Shown here: positions 27,901 through 33,669 of the stretch, piece after piece | Layout: every line of letters begins with the position of its first letter | Numbering within the stretch: the stretch's first letter is position 1 | Assembly: GCA_002189035.1 (NCBI GenBank) | Contig: NEEC01000123.1 | Coordinates: 1 to 33,669 of the forward strand | Source of the DNA: Utricularia gibba | Taxonomy: Eukaryota > Plantae > Magnoliophyta | Length of the DNA stretch: 33,669 nucleotides | Direction of reading: 5' to 3' | Made by a program: the position numbers and the translations under genes | The notes under the pieces: generated by a model | Database searches by the model: none | Told to the model about the DNA's origin: nothing | The model's input: only the letters and a program-made list of their open reading frames with translations

Positions 27901-30900
27901 ATCAACAGCCAAAACATATGGTGTCAAACTTCATCGGATATGCGATCAAGATGGAAAAAAGTCACATGTTACATCATGAATTTCGTGGCATCACTTATCC
28001 CAACACTATATACTCAGGTATGCGTAAAATATTTATTTTTAACAATCCAGTGCACGTGTGATTTTTAGGCTGCACCCGAATGGTGATGCGCAATGAAATG
28101 ACTATGTCGCACATCCTGGTCCACGAAGCACCTCTTCCAAACATGCAGATCCTAACTCTTCATAGCACACCATTGGGAAGCCCTATTCGTGCTCCAAGTA
28201 GTATAATTTGGAGTTACGTTTGTCCCATAACTGTGGACATATTAAAAACAAACCACAACGAAAAGTGTCTTACGCGTCCTTCCTTGGTGGCTGCGTTTAA
28301 TAATGTGCTTCTCGTTCTCGAAATTGATGCAAATGGGATACACGGCAAAAGAATCAAATAGCCACTAGAGACATGGTGTAAGGGAATGGTGCATCAAGAA
28401 TCAGAAGTATCATAGCAACTAATTGCATCAATCAACAGCCAAACATATGGTGTCAAACTTCATCGGATATGCGATCAAGATGGAAAAAAGTCACATGTTA
28501 CATCATGAATTTCGTGGCATCACTTATCCAACACTATTATACTCCAGGTACGCAAAAATGTTTACTTTTAACGAATCCAGTGCACGTGTGATTTTTAGGC
28601 TGCACCCCGAATGGTGATGCGCAATGAAATGACTATGTCGCACATCCTGGTCCACGAAGCACCTCTTCCAAAACATGCAGATCCTAACTTTCATAGCACA
28701 CCATTGGGAAGCCCGATTCGAGCTCCAAGTAGTATAATTTGGAGTTTCGTTTGTCCGATAACTGTGGACATATTAAAAACAAACCACAACGAAAGTGTCT
28801 TACGTGTCCTTCCTTGGTGGCTGCGTTTAATATTGTGCTTCTCGTTCTCGAAATTGATGCAAACAAGATACACGGCAAAAGAATCAAATAGCCACTAGAG
28901 ACATGGTGTAAGGGAATGGTGCATCAAGAATCAGAAGTATCATAGCAACTAATTGCATCAATCAACAGCCAAAACATATGTGTCAAACTTCATCGGATAT
29001 GCGATCAAGATGGAAAAAAGTCACATGTTACATCATGAATTTCGTGGCATCACTTATCCCAACACTATTATACTCCAGGTACGCAAAAATGTTTACTTTT
29101 AACGAATCCAGTGCACGTGTGATTTTTAGGCTGCACCCGAATGGTGATGCGCAATGAAATGACTATGTCGCACATCCTGGTCCACGAAGCACCTCTTCCA
29201 AAACATGCAGATCTAACTCTTCATAGCACACCATTGGGAAGCCCTATTCGTGCTCCAAGTAGTATAATTTGGAGTTACGTTTGTCCCATAACTGTGGACA
29301 TATTAAAAACAAACCACAACGAAAAGTGTCTTACGTGTCCTTCCTTGGTGGCTGCGTTTAATAATGTGCTTCTCGTTCTCGAAATTGATGCAAATGGATA
29401 CACGGCAAAAGAATCAAATAGCCACTAGAGACATGGTGTAAGGGAATGGTGCATCAAGAATCAGAAGTATCATAGCAACTAATTGCATCAATCAACAGCC
29501 AAACATATGTGTCAAACTTCATCGGATATGCGATCAAGATGGAAAAAAGTCACATGTTACATCATGAATTTCGTGGCATCACTTATCCCAACACTATTAT
29601 ACTCCAGGTACGCAAAAATGTTTACTTTTAACGAATCCAGTGCACGTGTGATTTTTCGGCTGCACCCCGAATGGTGATGCGCAATGAAATGACTAGGTCG
29701 CACATCCTGGTCCACGAAGCACCTCTTCCAAAACATGCAGATGCTAACTCTTCATAGCACACCATTGGGAAGCCCTATTCGTGCTCCAAGTAGTATAATT
29801 TGGAGTTACGTTTGTCCATAACTTTGGACATATTAAAAACAAACCACAACGAAAAGTGTCTTACGCGTCCTTCCTTGGTGGCTGCGTTTAATAATGTGCT
29901 TCTCGTTCTCGAAATTGATGCAAATGGGATACACGGCAAAAGAATCAAATAGCCACTAGAGACATGTTGTAAGGGAATGGTGCATCAAGAATCAGAAGTA
30001 TCATAGCAACTAATTGCATCAATCAACAGCCAAAACGTATGGCGTCAAACTTCATCGGATATGCGATCAAGATGGAAAAAAGTCACATGTTACATCATGA
30101 ATTTCGTGGCATCACTTATCCCAACACTATTATACCAGGTACGCAAAATGTTTACTTTTAACGAATCCAGTGCACGTGTGATTTTTAGGCTGCACCCGAA
30201 TGGTGATGCGCAATGAAATGACTATGTCGCACATCCTGGTCTACGAAGCACCTCTTCCAAAACATGCAGATCCTAACTCTTCATAGCACACCATTGGGAA
30301 GCCCGATTCGAGCTCCAAGTAGTATAATTTGGAGTTTCGTTTGTCCGATAACTGTGGACATATTAAAAACAAACCACAACGAAAAGTGTCTTACGTGTCC
30401 TTCCTTGGTGGCTGCGTTTAATATTGTGCTTCTCGTTCTCGAAATTGATGCAAACAAGATACACGGCAAAAGAATCAAATAGCCACTAGAGACATGGTGT
30501 AAGGGAATGGTGCATCAAGAATCAGAAGTATCATAGCAACTAATTGCATCAATCAACAGCCAAACATATGTGTCAAACTTCATCGGATATGCGATCAAGA
30601 TGGAAAAAAGTCACATGTTACATCATGAATTTCGTGGCATCACTTATCCCAACACTATTATACTCCAGGTACGCAAAATGTTTACTTTTAACGAATCCAG
30701 TGCACGTGTGATTTTTAGGCTGCACCCCGAATGGTGATGCGCAATGAAATGACTAGGTCGCACATCCTGGTCCACGAAGCACCTCTTCCAAAACATGCAG
30801 ATGCTAACTCTTCATAGCACACCATTGGGAAGCCCTATTCGTGCTCCAAGTAGTATAATTTGGAGTTACGTTTGTCCGATAACTTTGGACATATTAAAAA

Positions 30901-33669
30901 CAAACCACAACGAAAAGTGTCTTACGCGTCCTTCCTTGGTGGCTGCGTTTAATAATGTGCTTCTCGTTCTCGAAATTGATGCAAATGGGATACACGGCAA
31001 AAGAATCAAATAGCCACTAGAGACATGTTGTAAGGGAATGGTGCATCAAGAATCAGAAGTATCATAGCAACTAATTGCATCAATCAACAGCCAAAACATA
31101 TGGTGTCAAACTTCATCGGATATGCGATCAAGATGGAAAAAAGTCACATGTTACATCATGAATTTCGTGGCATCACTTATCCCAACACTATTTATACTCC
31201 AGGTATGCAAAATTTACTTTTAACGAATCCAGTGCACGTGTGATTTTTAGGCTGCACCCGAATGGTGATGCGCAATGAAATGACTATGTCGCACATCCTG
31301 GTCCACGAAGCACCTCTTCCAAAACATGCAGATCCTAACTCTTCATAGCACACCATTGGGAAGCCCTATTCGTGCTCCAAGTAGTATAATTTGGAGTTAC
31401 GTTTGTCCGATAACTGTGGACATATTAAAAACAAACCACAACGAAAAGTGTCTTACGTGTCCTTCCTTGGTGGCTGCGTTTAATAATGTGCTTCTCGTTC
31501 TCGAAATTGATGCAAATGGGATACACGGCAAAAGAATCAAATAGCCACTAGAGACATGGTGTATGGGAATGGTGCATCAAGAATCAGAAGTATCATGGCA
31601 ACTAATTGCATCAATCAACAGCCAAAACATATGGTGTCAAACTTCATCGGATATGCGATCAAGATGGAAAAAAGTCACATGTTACATCATGAATTTCGTG
31701 GCATCACTTATCCCAACACTATTATACTCCAGGTACGCAAAAATGTTTACTTTTAACGAATCCAGTGCACGTGTGATTTTTAGGCTGCACCCCGAATGGT
31801 GATGCGCAATGAAATGACTATGTCGCACATCCTGGTCCACGAAGCACCTCTTCCAAAACATGCAGATCCTAACTCTTCATAGCACACCATTGGGAAGCCC
31901 GATTCGAGCTCCAAGTAGTATAATTTGGAGTTTCGTTTGTCCGATAACTGTGGACATATTAAAAACAAACCACAACGAAAAGTGTCTTACGTGTCCTTCC
32001 TTGGTGGCTGCGTTTAATATTGTGCTTCTCGTTCTCGAAATTGATGCAAAAGATACACGGCAAAAGAATCAAATAGCCACTAGAGACATGGTGTAAGGGA
32101 ATGGTGCATCAAGAATCAGAAGTATCATAGCAACTAATTGCATCAATCAACAGCCAAAACATATGGTGTCAAACTTCATCGGATATGCGATCAAGATGGA
32201 AAAAAGTCACATGTTACATCATGAATTTCGTGGCATCACTTATCCCAACACTATTATACACCAGGTACGCAAAAATGTTTACTTTTAACGAATCCAGTGC
32301 ACGTGTGATTTTTAGGCTGCACCCGAATGGTGATGCGCAATGAAATGACTAGGTCGCACATCCTGGTCTACGAAGCACCTCTTCCAAAACATGCAGATCC
32401 TAACTCTTCATAGCACACCATTGGGAAGCCCGATTCGAGCTCCAAGTAGTATAATTTGGAGTTTCGTTTGTCCGATAACTGTGGACATATTAAAAACAAA
32501 CCACAACGAAAAGTGTCTTACGTGTCCTTCCTTGGTGGCTGCGTTTAATATGTGCTTCTCGTTCTCGAAATTGATGCAAACAAGATACACGGCAAAAGAA
32601 TCAAATAGCCACTAGAGACATGGTGTAAGGGAATGGTGCATCAAGAATCAGAAGTATCATAGCAACTAATTGCATCAATCAACAGCCAAAACATATGTGT
32701 CAAACTTCATCGGATATGCGATCAAGATGGAAAAAAGTCACATGTTACATCATGAATTTCGTGGCATCACTTATCCCAACACTATTATACTCCAGGTACG
32801 CAAAAATGTTTACTTTTAACGAATCCAGTGCACGTGTGATTTTTCGGCTGCACCCCGAATGGTGATGCGCAATGAAATGACTAGGTCGCACATCCTGGTC
32901 CACGAAGCACCTCTTCCAAAACATGCAGATCTAACTCTTCATAGCACACCATTGGGAAGCCCTATTCGTGCTCCAAGTAGTATAATTTGGAGTTACGTTT
33001 GTCCCATAACTTTGGACATATTAAAAACAAACCACAACGAAAAGTGTCTTACGCGTCCTTCCTTGGTGGCTGCGTTTAATAATGTGCTTCTCGTTCTCGA
33101 AATTGATGCAAATGGGATACACGGCAAAAGAATCAAATAGCCACTAGAGACATGGTGTAAGGGAATGGTGCATCAAGAATCAGAAGTATCATAGCAACTA
33201 ATTGCATCAATCAACTGCCAAAACATATGGTGTCAAACTTCATCGGATATGCGATCAAGATGGAAAAAAGTCACATGTTACATCATGAATTTCGTGGCAT
33301 CACTTATCCCAACACTATTTATACTCAGGTACGCAAAATTTACTTTTAACAAATCCAGTGCACGTGTGATTTTTAGGCTGCACCCCGAATGGTGATGCGC
33401 AATGAAATGACTATGTCGCACATCCTGGTCCACGAAGCACCTCTTCCAAAACATGCAGATCCTAACTCTTCATAGCACACCATTGGGAAGCCCTATTCGT
33501 GCTCCAAGTAGTATAATTTGGAGTTACGTTTGTCCATAACTGTGGACATATTAAAAACAAACCACAACGAAAAGTGTCTTACGCGTCCTTCCTTGGTGGC
33601 TGCGTTTAATAATGTGCTTCTCGTTCTCGAAATTGATGCAAATGGGATACACGGCAAAAGAATCAAATA

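Larger units (their letters stand above)
1..33669. repeat. Tandem satellite DNA array, ~531 bp monomer, ~63 head-to-tail copies, single orientation; extends beyond both window edges
   Basis: Anchor ttaggctgcacccc(g) recurs at 60, 590, 1122, 1654, 2180, 2707, 3241, 3775, 4304, 4832, 5365, 5898 ... 31780, 32312, 32843, 33373 (64 anchors, including degraded ones near 14395, 14893 and 21191). Intact copies are 525-534 nt apart. The identical 62-aa ORF recurring at the same spacing in the ORF track confirms the period. No non-repeat sequence was found. Confidence 0.99.
18583..33669. repeat. Sub-array with interspersed haplotype B and A (and recombinant) monomers
   Basis: B copies carry gactaTgtcg, cccTattcgTgctcc, ggagttAcg, ccCataac / aacTttgg, ttacgCgtcc, aataAtgtgc, gcaaATGGgatac, gtaAggg, tcatAgcaac and attgCatc (e.g. 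copies at 26470, 28065, 29655, 32843). They alternate with A-core copies (e.g. 27002, 28595, 30185, 31780). Confidence 0.88.

Noticed and set aside
148-33140. Numerous 60-140 aa ORFs on both strands (e.g. MQILTLHSTPLGSP..., MFLICPQLSDKRNS..., MGMVHQESEVSW...)
   Set aside because: All are the same satellite monomer translated in different frames. They are short, overlap on opposite strands, and are freely opened, closed or frameshifted by copy-to-copy indels. They resemble no protein family I recognise.
1-33669. CRISPR array or repeat-spacer system
   Set aside because: There are no unique spacers; the entire ~531 nt unit is repeated and no cas genes are present.
1-33669. A novel biological system encoded in the window
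   Set aside because: No unique, coding or structured-RNA sequence exists outside the satellite monomer. The unusual features are array-organisation patterns and probable consensus artefacts.

Overview
The whole 33,669-nt window is one uninterrupted head-to-tail tandem array (satellite DNA) of a ~525-534 bp monomer. I counted 64 occurrences of the anchor TT(A/C)GGCTGCACCC(C)GAATGG or its degraded equivalent, i.e. about 63 copies, all in the same orientation. One reference copy (3241-3774) is ~41% GC by hand count. I see no unique sequence, gene, RNA gene, transposon insertion or CRISPR spacers; every listed ORF is the same satellite monomer read in different frames. The structure lies in the variants. 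There are two monomer haplotypes, A and B. A dominates ~0.6-18.5 kb, with B-like features recurring about every 4th monomer (~2.1 kb). From ~23 kb the array runs largely as A-B-B trimers (~1.59 kb). Three local lesions (14861-14940, 20800-21195, 21770-21945) and many 1-nt deletions exactly at A/B polymorphic columns look like consensus/polishing artefacts. Fine-scale variant patterns therefore need raw-read confirmation. I found no evidence for a novel protein-coding or RNA system. The family resembles a eukaryotic (possibly plant subtelomeric) satellite, but I cannot name it from sequence alone.
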